64,000 nt of DNA. Source: Pyrinomonadaceae bacterium. GTDB lineage: Bacteria; Acidobacteriota; Blastocatellia; Pyrinomonadales; Pyrinomonadaceae. Of the stretch, positions 53,801 to 62,300 are shown in pieces. The stretch is from positions 1,751 through 65,750 of the forward strand of contig JBGTBQ010000014.1 of the NCBI GenBank assembly GCA_041749275.1, in the 5' to 3' direction. A model generated the notes under the pieces. That model was not told the origin of the DNA. It ran no database searches and worked only from the letters and a program-made list of their open reading frames with translations. The position numbers and the translations under genes were made by a program. How positions within the stretch are numbered: the stretch's first letter is position 1; each line of letters starts with the position of its first letter.

Positions 53801-54164
53801 CCTGTAAGGCGGTCTTGTACCGTCCCGCACGCACGTAGAGGTCGCCGAGTGCATCATGAACGGCAGCCTCACTCCGCTTTTCACCCGCCTGTTTGAAGAG
53901 TTGAAGCGCCGTCTTCAACTCGGTGAATGCTTGATCGTCAAGATTGCGGTGCAGGAAGTCGGTCCCTTTGCTAAACGCCTCACGAGCCGCTTCCAAGTCT
54001 GTATTCTCAGCTTTCGCCTCGCTCTTCTCAACCCCCCCACCAATCGCTCTGGGGACTTTTAGCTTCTCCTGAGAAGGCTTTGTCGGAGTCGAGAATGTTG
54101 GGGAGACGATAAGGGTGAGGGCGCCGAAAAATGCAGTGAACCGTGATGCGAAACGTTTGAACAT
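50859..54164 (-). CDS. Secreted TPR - CAP/SCP - TPR - CHAT (caspase-like) multidomain protein
   Basis: 1101 aa. Signal peptide MFKRFASRFTAFFGALTLIVSPTFS. The CAP domain at about aa 178-304 (VIDFINAERRA...GWMTSERHRGNILNERLTHAGTGI) maps to nt 53253-53633. The CHAT domain spans about aa 685-1098, with HFATHG (His962, nt 51279-51281) and MLSACETG (Cys1009, nt 51138-51140). Confidence 0.85.
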   Translation of the reverse strand: MFKRFASRFTAFFGALTLIVSPTFSTPTKPSQEKLKVPRAIGGGVEKSEAKAENTDLEAAREAFSKGTDFLHRNLDDQAFTELKTALQLFKQAGEKRSEAAVHDALGDLYVRAGRYKTALQEYQSALELFSARNDRISTNLLRAKSGELYLLLNKIKDADAMFAQMDSIGRGGAPSSDEQQVIDFINAERRAINLKPFILDGQLTQMARYHAENMARGGFLSHVDKSGLDEYGRAMAFGLRNYEGLGEIISSNGGYEDVVKATLEGWMTSERHRGNILNERLTHAGTGIVKSPDGQYFFTQVTIARNESDRSDCYESVYHYRALISYAAGEFGQGRVAFTGARLDEAKKHFENVLSAAGADSPAGKLAEARRYRVAALTSLGDVALRNSDYADALRLYTEAVGSAVKVGRPDLAWAAQRGVGRVYWVQSTREKDAAQAAELRRLSSEAYKTATDTIGRFLLGSLRFSEARKSFLSDTRVVFEEASRVLAEMALLAAPPNATSLNGISQTYAVAAFQIVEQGRAHTILDLLEDANAEVSQGIPLALLNERRAIRARQNKIAQFISGVAVGCDSTPHSVEALEAELETLEQRYVALNNQLLALNPRYAALTNPQPVTFKAIQEALASRNGTTGGGFHNEAKQIKAVPRKIDHAFVESSYQIAPASFTRNLPDADRLSQPGAVNNVLDEKSVLLEYSLGEENSYLWAVTRSEIMLYRLPARSVIEAKALHLRAKILPANLGGATLNADGVQPRATRGLATVETPPTQTLSEIEAYLTAAHDLYKVIVDPAAAMIDDKRLVIVADGALHFIPFETLITKKKGASYRELPYFIKDHEISYLPMASILAEIKPRVSEAKAPHRLLIMADPVFDATDPRVRQAAANLKQSGDATRSLKLLSAIEDLANSTFNEVRLTRLKGSRLEAEMIVKLTSSSSDTAATLLDLEASETNLSKRDLRAFDILHFATHGILNPERPQLTGLALSLVGDADNDGFLRVDEVFNLRLNSQLVMLSACETGLGELKRGEGVSGFTRGFMYAGASNIGVSLWSVSDEATAELMTKFYKRFLTKEGTSVSAALRSAQLELIAGEKHSAPFYWAPFVLFGSQR

Positions 54165-54432
54165 TGGGGCTCCTTGATAACATTACAACCTCGTAACAGC
54201 AGCGGTGTTTGCGGCACTGATAAGATTCGGGGGTCTTCACGTTGCTAACCGCCAAAGGGACAGCGCCGATTTGTTCTTTCTGAGGAATCTGTTTGTGAAA
54301 GTCCAGCGGGATATCTAAAGCCTATCTTCCGGCAGAGGGGAAGTCAAACGGTTACTATTACGGTGGGTGCATCAGTGTTGACGGACGAGCTTCGTCGCGT
54401 TGATATGCCGCTGTACCTGTTCAACGCTGATT

Positions 54433-54441
54433 TGTTATACT
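54433..54441 (+). promoter_or_regulatory. Candidate extended -10 promoter element of rnpB (TGTTATACT)
   Basis: TG-T-TATACT lies about 14 nt upstream of the predicted mature 5' end of the RNase P RNA. Confidence 0.35.
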
Positions 54442-54454
54442 CACCCCGCCTTGC

Positions 54455-54934
54455 ATGAGAGCAGGTCGGGCGGTCGCTGCCGCGCTTTACAAGTGCGGGA
54501 GAGGAAAGTCCGAACACTACAGGGCAGCGAGCCAGCTAACGGCTGGGCGCCGGGTTCGCAAGTGACTGTTTGACGGTCGCCTGCGTTCAAGGTGACGACA
54601 AGTGCAACAGAGAATAGACCAGCCAGCGGGCCGCTGGGCTTAACCGCCCACGGCAGCGGGTGATGGGTGAAACGGTGCGGCCCCCGCGGGGCTTAAAGTA
54701 AGAGCGCACCGGCGCGCGTGGTAACAGGCGCGGCTAGGCAAACTCCTCGCAGTGCAAGACCAAATAGGGAGGCGTCACACAGGGCTGCCCGCCCGAAGTT
54801 GGGTTTTCGGACCCGGCTACGACCTCCGGGTAGGTCGCTTGAGCCGTCTGGCGACGGACGGCCTAGATGAATGATCGCCGCTCCGGTCTACACGGTCGGG
54901 GAACAGAATTCGGCTTACAGACCTGCTCTCAACA
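54455..54934 (+). ncRNA. rnpB: RNase P RNA, bacterial type A
   Basis: P1 GAGAGCAGGTC (54457-54467) pairs with GACCTGCTCTC (54920-54930). Universally conserved GAGGAAAGTCCG, GTGCAACAGAGA, GTAAGAGCGCACC, CAAATAGGG, GCTTGAGCC, CCTAGATGAATGA and ACAGAATTCGGCTTA all occur in the canonical order. Confidence 0.95.
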
Positions 54935-55025
54935 TGCACGGCACACATTAGCTCTACCAGATAGCGCGGCGTCCAAAACCTTCCACCGGCGTCAGCGCCT
55001 CGCCGAAACAGGAGACTAAAGAGAG

Positions 55026-55301
55026 ATGGCAAACCGGAAGGGGGTCTTCATCGGGGCTTATGTCCCTGCCGACCTCAAGCGGGCATTGCAGCAACGCGCC
55101 ACGGGCGAGCACCGCACGCTCTCGCAGGAGATCACGCGCATCCTCGAAGAAGCCGTGAAGGGCAAGCGACTACCGCCGGGTAGCATAGATCGTCGCACGC
55201 CGGGATCGCCGCTGCGTCGTCGTAACTCGGACCCGCCCGAACGCCGCCGCGCCGGCGACTTGCCTTACGTCCCCGGCGCGCCGGATACGGAAGACGAATA
55301 G
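55026..55301 (+). CDS. Ribbon-helix-helix (Arc/CopG-like) protein with a basic disordered tail
   Basis: MANRKGVFIGAYVPADLKRALQQRATGEHRTLSQEITRILEEAV fits the beta-strand / helix / helix pattern of RHH domains. AGGAG upstream. Confidence 0.55.
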   Translation: MANRKGVFIGAYVPADLKRALQQRATGEHRTLSQEITRILEEAVKGKRLPPGSIDRRTPGSPLRRRNSDPPERRRAGDLPYVPGAPDTEDE

Positions 55302-55427
55302 GGCGCACAACGCCGTTCGATTGCGGTTCACTTAACGAGTGCTCTTGGGTCGGACGCGTCCACGCCGCGCGACTCAGGGGCATTCGCCATTCAAGTCACA
55401 AAATCTACCGGCGGCGCTTCATCAGCG

Positions 55428-56282
55428 ATGTTCGATGCGCGTCGCTCTCCTGCCTCTCTTTCTGTTAAACTTCACCGCAACCTTGCGGATTTATCTTTTG
55501 TGAACGTTCAGAAAAGCATCTTTCTTGTGGTTGGCGTCGCGCTCGGCTTTGTGGCAGGTTTCGCGCTGGCGAACGGCATCAATCGTGGTGAGCAGGATAA
55601 GCTTCGCGCGGAGTTGACGCGCCTGCGCGCGGAGCCGGCGAAGGTCAGAGGAGCGGCGCAAGGGGCGGAAGCGGCACAGACAAACGGTGACACTACCATC
55701 CCGAACTTGTCGGACGAGCAACTCCGCAACGCGGTGACAAGAGCGGATGAGAAACCCGACGACGCGAAGTTGCAGCAGATGTCGGGTCAAGCGCTTTACG
55801 TCTATGCGAGGGAGAAAGAGAACGCGGCAATACTGCCGGACGTGGTACGCATCCTGAAACGAGCGCACGCGGCGGAGCCGAAGAATCTGACGACAACGAC
55901 CATGCTCGGCGACGCGCTCTATCTGCTCTCGCAGACGACCGGCGAGACGACTCATCTCGCGGAGGCGCGGAAGTATTACCAGACGGCGCTCGCGCAAAAG
56001 CCTGATGAAGTCTACGTCCGCACCAGTCTCGGCCTGACCTACTTTTACGACAAGCCCTCGGACCCGCGCGCGGCCATCCGCGAGTATCGCAGGGCGCTTG
56101 AAATAGACGCGCGCCACGAGCCGACGTTGCAGGGAATTGTCGCCGCGCTCACGGCCTCCGATCAGATCGGCGAAGCGGAAAAGAGCCTGCGACAACTGGA
56201 AGAGGTCAACCCGTCGAACCCGGAGATACCGAATCTCCGCGCCCAGCTCATGCAGAAGAAGAACGCCGCCGGGGATAAATAG
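55428..56282 (+). CDS. Membrane-anchored TPR-repeat protein
   Basis: One TM helix (IFLVVGVALGFVAGFALA), a coiled segment, then TPR-like repeats. The start is uncertain. Confidence 0.6.
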   Translation: MFDARRSPASLSVKLHRNLADLSFVNVQKSIFLVVGVALGFVAGFALANGINRGEQDKLRAELTRLRAEPAKVRGAAQGAEAAQTNGDTTIPNLSDEQLRNAVTRADEKPDDAKLQQMSGQALYVYAREKENAAILPDVVRILKRAHAAEPKNLTTTTMLGDALYLLSQTTGETTHLAEARKYYQTALAQKPDEVYVRTSLGLTYFYDKPSDPRAAIREYRRALEIDARHEPTLQGIVAALTASDQIGEAEKSLRQLEEVNPSNPEIPNLRAQLMQKKNAAGDK

Positions 56283-56611
56283 TGAAGTACCTTTTCATCA
56301 TCATCCTGTTCGCCGCCGTCGCTTTCTTTATCTACTGGCGGCTGCGGCCATACCTGAAGATGGCGCGCAGCGTGCTCGGCTTCGTGCGCGATGTGAGACG
56401 CATGAGCACGGAAGCGCGGGATGCGTCGCCGAGAAATCAACAAGGCATCGAGTCCGGGGAAAAACTCGTGCGCTGTTCAGCCTGCGCCACTTGGTTCCCC
56501 GCGTCGCGCGCCATCACTCTCCGCTCGGCGAAAGAAACCTTCTGTTCACATGACTGCATCGAGCGCTCAGTCGGCAGGGAAGTGAACGCGAAGACTGCGC
56601 GCCGTTCGTAG
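56282..56611 (+). CDS. Small membrane-anchored zinc-ribbon (TRASH/YHS-like CxxC...FCSxxC) protein
   Basis: The GTG start overlaps the upstream stop. N-terminal TM helix (YLFIIILFAAVAFFIYW); C-terminal VRCSACATWFPA...TFCSHDCIE. Confidence 0.55.
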   Translation: MKYLFIIILFAAVAFFIYWRLRPYLKMARSVLGFVRDVRRMSTEARDASPRNQQGIESGEKLVRCSACATWFPASRAITLRSAKETFCSHDCIERSVGREVNAKTARRS

Positions 56612-56619
56612 CAGTAGTT

Positions 56620-56772
56620 TATAAAGCCCCGTCAGGGGCGAAATGTTTGTAGTTCGGAGCAATTTCTCGACCAAGCTCCGTCGGAGCGAAATGTAATCGA
56701 CATTTCGCTCCGACGGAGCTTGCGGCCTATCATTCACGCTGTGCTACAAACATTTCGCTCCTACGGAGCGAC
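56620..56772. repeat. Second copy of the hairpin-unit repeat family (palindromic arrangement of four units)
   Basis: Units: AAAGCCCCGTCAGGGGCGAAATGTTTGTAG (56623-56652); AAGCTCCGTCGGAGCGAAATGT (56673-56694) pairing perfectly (22 bp, 5-nt loop) with ACATTTCGCTCCGACGGAGCTT (56700-56721); and CTACAAACATTTCGCTCCTACGGAGCG (56744-56770). It lies between convergent genes, and the last unit contains the MFS stop codon. Confidence 0.8.
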
Positions 56773-58191
56773 GGCAGATGCCGTCGCCGGCTCGACCTCT
56801 TCCGGCAAAGCGTTGCCTGCTTCGTGGATAGCTCTGTCCGTATCGGTGAAGAAAAGAATCAGCAGACCGACCGCGAAGAAGAAGATGAGAAACAGAATGG
56901 CCTGACGATAAGAGCCGGTCTGGTTGACGACGATGGTGAACACGCCCATGCCCATCCACGAGGCGCGTTCGGAGATTTCGTAGAGGCCGAAGAAGGAAGC
57001 CTCGCGCCCCACTGGAATCATGCGCGAGTAGAGCGAGCGCGAGAGCGCCTGCGTCCCACCCAACACGACGGCGATGACCGCCGCCATCCACCACGCTTGC
57101 GTCGTCGTCCGCAAAAATGCATAAGCATAAACGACGATCCCCGACCAGATGAAGAGAGACGCCATGATCGCCCGCTTCGTCCCGACGAACGCGGCGATGC
57201 GCTCGAACAGGAGCGCCCCGACTATCGCCATGAACTGCACCATCAGGAAAATGCCGATGAGAAAAGACTGGCTGACGGCCTCGCCGCGCGCGACGAACAA
57301 CTCCTGCGCGAGGAAGACACCGGCCATGCCGATGATGGTCTGCACGCCGTCAATGAAGAACAGATAGGCCATCAGATAGCGAAAGGTGTGGCGCAGTCGC
57401 CGCAACTCGCGGAAGGTTTGTCTCAGTTCGGAAAAACCGATGGTCAAAAAACTCTTGCCCGGCGGAAGCGGTCGCGCCACATTGTGCGAACGCAGAAGCT
57501 TGAAGGTCAGGAGCGCGAAGCCGCCCCACCAGACGCCGGCTGAGAGCAGGGAGATGCGAACTGCCGTCGTCCCCTCAATGCCGAATTTGGGAGCGATGGT
57601 GCTGATAAAGACCGAGTTGAGCGCGAGCAGCAAGCCTCCGCCAAGATAGCCGAGCGCAAAGCCGCGGCTGGAGACCTTGTCGCGTCTATCTTCGGTCGTA
57701 ATCTGCGGCAGGTAAGAGTTATAGATAACGATGGCTGCGTTGAATCCCAGCATGGCAACGATGAAGAGCAGCCCGCCGAGCAGGTATCGTCCATCGGCGA
57801 CGAAGTACATGAGGCACGTCGCCCCGGCGCCCGCGTAGCAGAAGATTATCAACAACCGTTTCTTCAAGCTCGAATAGTCGGCGACGGCGCCCAGCAGCGG
57901 CAGCAGGAATATCTGCATCAGCACCGCGAGCGTGATGCAAAGGGGATAGAACGACTTGGCCGAGATCGTAAAGAGCGAGCCGACACTAAGCGCCACTCCG
58001 TTTTCGCCGACCGCCTGCTGCGCGACGTAGGTCAGATATTGACCGTAGAGCGCGCCGACGACCGTCGTGTAAAAGGCCGAGTTGGCCCAGTCGTACATCA
58101 TCCAGCCGAAGACTTCACGGCGGTCGTTCTTGCGTGTCGAATGTTCGGCGGAGTCTCCGGCGGCAATCGTGGGAGCGGTGGGTGCGTTCAT
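56761..58191 (-). CDS. MFS transporter, UMF1/Atg22-like family
   Basis: 476 aa, about 12 TM helices, with the N-terminal FGWMMYDWANSAFYTTV signature. Confidence 0.8.
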   Translation of the reverse strand: MNAPTAPTIAAGDSAEHSTRKNDRREVFGWMMYDWANSAFYTTVVGALYGQYLTYVAQQAVGENGVALSVGSLFTISAKSFYPLCITLAVLMQIFLLPLLGAVADYSSLKKRLLIIFCYAGAGATCLMYFVADGRYLLGGLLFIVAMLGFNAAIVIYNSYLPQITTEDRRDKVSSRGFALGYLGGGLLLALNSVFISTIAPKFGIEGTTAVRISLLSAGVWWGGFALLTFKLLRSHNVARPLPPGKSFLTIGFSELRQTFRELRRLRHTFRYLMAYLFFIDGVQTIIGMAGVFLAQELFVARGEAVSQSFLIGIFLMVQFMAIVGALLFERIAAFVGTKRAIMASLFIWSGIVVYAYAFLRTTTQAWWMAAVIAVVLGGTQALSRSLYSRMIPVGREASFFGLYEISERASWMGMGVFTIVVNQTGSYRQAILFLIFFFAVGLLILFFTDTDRAIHEAGNALPEEVEPATASAVAP

Positions 58192-58203
58192 GTTGGTTGT
58201 CTA

Positions 58204-59106
58204 CTATCGGCTTGTCAGAAGACGGAGGATCGTGGGAGTGATGTCGGCGAGGCTGTGGACGCCGCGCCCCACTTCCTCCCGCCCCGGCCCCCACGCGAGC
58301 GTGGGCACGAGGTTGAGCGTATGGTTGCGCGCCGAGAGGTCTTCGACGTTGCCGTGGTCGCTGGTGACGAGGACGGTCGTCAGTTCGAGGTCAACATTGG
58401 CAAGTACGGCACGGACGAAGCACGCGAGGTTTGACAGAACTTTGAGCGCGGCGTCCATGTTCTGTTCGTGACCGGCGCGGTCAGTCAGAAAGTGTTCGTA
58501 GAGAGTGAAGCGGTGCTCGCGCGCGACGTTCGCCAAGACGAGCGCGGCCTCTTCGGGTGTGCGAAGGCTTGCTTCTTCACCCCGCTCGCCGATGGAGGCG
58601 TTTGTGAAATCGTGAAAGACGGCGCGACCGGCGCTGAGGTCGGCGACGGTGCGAAATGGTAATCCGGCGGCTTCGACCGCGACGGTGGTGGCGGAGACCC
58701 AGCGGGGCCGTGCGTCGAAAAAGCGCCGCGTGTAGGTGTTGGCAAAGACATTGGGGCCGATGCCCGCGCGTTTGAGTTGGAGGAAAATGGAATGTTCTTT
58801 GATAATCTCGCGCATCGCCTCGTTCGGAAAACCCTGCTTGTGATAGCCGAGTGTGGCGGGCGCGTTGATGCCCGTCAGGATGGTCGTCTGGCCTGACGCG
58901 CTCTGTGGTCGCCCCTCGATGCCGAGCGAGGCGTCGGTGCGCGCGAGCACGCCGCCGAAAGGCAATCCCGGCTCTTCATCCTCGAAGATGGCGAGCGGCG
59001 CAGCGGCGTCGCCGAGCAGGTGGAGCGGGTTGTGCGGCCCGCGCGTGCCAATGCCGAGGCCGTCCACGAAGATAAGAAGCACGGACATGATGGGGATAAG
59101 TAGCAT
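58204..59106 (-). CDS. Alkaline-phosphatase-superfamily metalloenzyme (cofactor-independent mutase / phosphopentomutase-like)
   Basis: LIFVDGLGIG, SASGQT, TDRAGHE and TSDHGN metal/nucleophile motifs in superfamily order. Its stop is 12 nt upstream of the MFS start. Confidence 0.65.
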   Translation of the reverse strand: MLLIPIMSVLLIFVDGLGIGTRGPHNPLHLLGDAAAPLAIFEDEEPGLPFGGVLARTDASLGIEGRPQSASGQTTILTGINAPATLGYHKQGFPNEAMREIIKEHSIFLQLKRAGIGPNVFANTYTRRFFDARPRWVSATTVAVEAAGLPFRTVADLSAGRAVFHDFTNASIGERGEEASLRTPEEAALVLANVAREHRFTLYEHFLTDRAGHEQNMDAALKVLSNLACFVRAVLANVDLELTTVLVTSDHGNVEDLSARNHTLNLVPTLAWGPGREEVGRGVHSLADITPTILRLLTSR

Positions 59107-59176
59107 TCTATGTGTGCGTCACGCAAGGGCTTGTTTCGGCGAACAGGTCGCCGGATTGGTCTACGCTCAAGAACGA

Positions 59177-59205
59177 GTGAATGGATAACTGGATAAGTGA
59201 ATGGA
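59177..59205. promoter_or_regulatory. Direct repeats GTGAATGGA spaced 20 nt in a divergent promoter region
   Basis: GTGAATGGA at 59177-59185 and 59197-59205, with TGGATAA also duplicated between them. It lies in the 229-bp spacer between the divergent metalloenzyme and tricorn-like genes. Confidence 0.3.
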
Positions 59206-59335
59206 CGACGGGTAAAAAAACAGATCACCCCTGAACATTACAAATAGAGCGTCTGCTATTATTGAGGCGCCATAGTGGCTTCCAGAAAACCTCAAGCCGC
59301 GTTTTCGAGCGAGATAATCATTTGCGGAGGAATAG

Positions 59336-62300
59336 ATGAATAAATTGAAACGGGCCATCGGTCATGCGTGCGTCGTCGCGTTACTCTTGAACACGACCAT
59401 GATGCCCACGCTGGCGCAAAGTCCGGAGACGAGCAAAACTCAGCCCACGTCCCGGCCTTACTTCTACGAGCCTTCGATCTCGCCCGACCGTGCGGAGATT
59501 GCTTTCGTCTCCGGCGGCGACATCTGGAGCGTCCCGGCGGCGGGCGGTGATGCGCGCCTGCTCGTCTCGCACCCGGCGACCGAGTACCGACCGCTCTACT
59601 CGCCCGACGGTCGCAGACTCGCCTTCATCTCGGCGCGAACGGGCAACGGCGACGTGTACTTGCTCACGCTCGATAGCGGCGAGTTGAAGCGTCTGACCTT
59701 TGACGACGGTTACGACCAACTCGACGCATGGTCGCGCGACGGGCGCTGGCTCTACTTCACTTCGACCGCGCGCGACATCTCGGCGAGCAACGACATCTAC
59801 CGCGTGGGCGTCGAAGGCGGCACCCCGATGCAGGTCAGCGCCGACCGCTACACAAACGAATTCATGTCCGCGCCATCGCCGGATGGCGCGGATATGGTCT
59901 TCGTCGGCAGGGGCTATTTGCAGTGGTGGCGCAATGGGCACAGCCACATGGACGAGTCCGAACTGTGGCTGATGCGCGGTCATGCGACAGGCGGATATGA
60001 GCGTCTGACCGAGGGCGGCGCGGAGGAAGCGTGGCCCATGTGGGGCGCGCGGGAAGGCGAACTTTTTTACGTCTCAGACAGAAGCGGCGCGGAGAATATC
60101 TGGACGCTGGCGCCAAAAGGCAAGGCGCGACAGGTCACGAAATTCACGGGGGGTCGCGTGCTCTGGCCGAGCATCTCTTACGACGGTCGTGTCATCGTCT
60201 TCGAGCGCGGCTTCGGCATCTGGTCGCTTGACACCGAAAGCGGGCAGGCGCGCGAAATCTCGATCCGGCGGCGTGGCGCTGCTGCATCACCGGGCATCGA
60301 GCGTGTACGCCAGTCCGACCAATTTCAAGACCTCGCGCTCTCGCCCGATGGCAAGAAAGTCGCCTTCATCGCGCGCGGCGAGGTGTTCGCGGCATCCGCG
60401 ACCGACGGCGGCGACGCCGTTCGCGTGACCAACACGCCCGGCATCGAGTCGCGCGTGACATGGACGCCCGACAGCCGCAAGCTTGCCTACGTCTCGGAGC
60501 GCAACGGTTCGGGGCAGATTTTCCTCTATGACTTCGGCACGGGCGCGGAGACGCAGTTGACAAACGGCGGCGACGGCGACTCGACGCCGCGCTTCTCGCC
60601 GGACGGTAAACTGCTCGCCTTCGAGCGCGCGGGCCGGGAGCTTCGCGTGCTTGAGCTTGAATCGAAAAAAGAGCGCGTCGTCGCCACGGGCAGTCTCGAA
60701 AGGCCGCCGCTCGATTCCGACCGCTCATTCGTCTGGTCGCCGGACGGCAAGTGGATCGCCTACATGCCCGTCGGAAACAAGCTCTTCCGCAACGTCCACG
60801 TCGCGGCGGTCGAAGGCGAAGGGAAGTCGCAACCCATCAGCTTCCTCGCCAACGTCGGCAGCAACACGCTTTCGTGGAGTCCGGATGGTTCTTACATTCT
60901 CTTCGACACGGGGCAGCGCACCGAGTCGAATCAACTCGCGCGCATTGACCTCCTCCCGCGCACGCCGCGTTTCCGCGAAGACCAGTTCCGTGAACTGTTC
61001 AAGGAAGAGACGCCGCGAACCGTCACGCCTTCGCTGCGGCGTCAGGAAGTTCAGCAGCCGGCTCCCGCCTCACCCGTCCCGACGCCGACGCCCGCATTGA
61101 CAGCCACCCCCACGCCGGCGCCGGCGACGACGGAAACGCCCGCGACCGTTCAGAGTCCGACGCCCACGCCATCAACCACGACGGCGACGGGTAAAAGCGG
61201 CTCGGCGGACGAGCAAAAGAAAAGCAGCAAGCCCGTCGAGATCGTGTTCGACGACATCCGTCGGCGTCTGAGTATGCTGCCCGTCGGCGTTGACGTGTTC
61301 TTCCACACGATCAGCCCGGACGGGAAGTACGTTCTTATGATCGCAGGCGCGGTGAACCAGACGAACCTCTATCTATACCCGCTCGACGAGCTTTCGCGCG
61401 AGCCGGTGGTTGCGCGCCAGTTGACCTCGACCGCGACCTTTAAGAGCTTCGCGCAGTTCACGCCCGACAGCCGCGAGGTCTTCTATCTTGAAGGTGGCCG
61501 CATCCAGATCGCGTCCCTCGACCAGCGCCAGCCGCCGCGCCCGCTCGCCGTCATCGCCGAGATGGATGTTGATTTCGCGCGCGAAAAGTTAGAGGTCTTC
61601 GATCAGGGCTGGGAGTACATGCGCGACAACTTTTATGACCCCGCATATCACGGCGTGAACTGGCAGGCGTCTCGCGGAGAGTTCCTGCCTTACATCGCGG
61701 GCGCGCAGACTCCAGACGAGATGCGTCGGCTGATGCGGTTGATGGTCGGCGAGTTGAACGCCTCGCACCTCGGCGTGTCCGCTCCCTTCAACTCGGTGCA
61801 GACCACGACCGGCAGGCTCGGCCTTAGCTTTGAACGCGCGGAGTACGAGAGAGCAGGCCGTCTGCGTGTGTCGGAGGTGGTGCCGCTCGGCCCCGGCGCT
61901 CTCGCGCGCGACACGACCGCGCCGGAGCGGACGCGCGCCATTAAGATCGGCGAATACCTGCTCGCCATTGACGGCAGGCAATTAGACGCGCGGACGAATC
62001 TCGATGAACTGCTCAACTTCAAGATCAACCGGCGCGTGACGCTCACGATTGCCGCGACGCCGGACGGCGCGAATAAACAAGATGTGGAAGTGCGCCCGGT
62101 CAACGTCGGGACGGAGAAGGGGCTTCGTTACCGCAAGTGGGTTGATGAGAAGCGCGCTTACGTCGCTCGCGCGAGTGGCGGGCGGCTCGGTTATGTGCAC
62201 ATGTACGACATGTCTTCCGCCTCGCTCTCACAACTTTTCGTTGACCTCGACGCGGAAAACCAGTCGCGCGAAGGCGTGGTCGTTGACGTGCGCCATAATG

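Noticed and set aside
50859-54164. TPR-CHAT protein as a type III-E CRISPR (Csx29/Craspase-like) or other defence component
   Set aside because: No cas7-11, CRISPR array or other defence genes are nearby. The protein also has a signal peptide and a CAP domain, which does not fit a cytoplasmic Cas-associated protease.
54817-55032. 71-aa minus-strand ORF
   Set aside because: It overlaps the 3' third of the RNase P RNA gene on the opposite strand, and the RNA assignment is very strong.
55026-55427. RHH protein as the antitoxin of a toxin-antitoxin pair
   Set aside because: No small toxin-like ORF overlaps or follows it. The only overlapping track ORF (55132..55383, minus strand) is antisense and Arg/Ala-rich.
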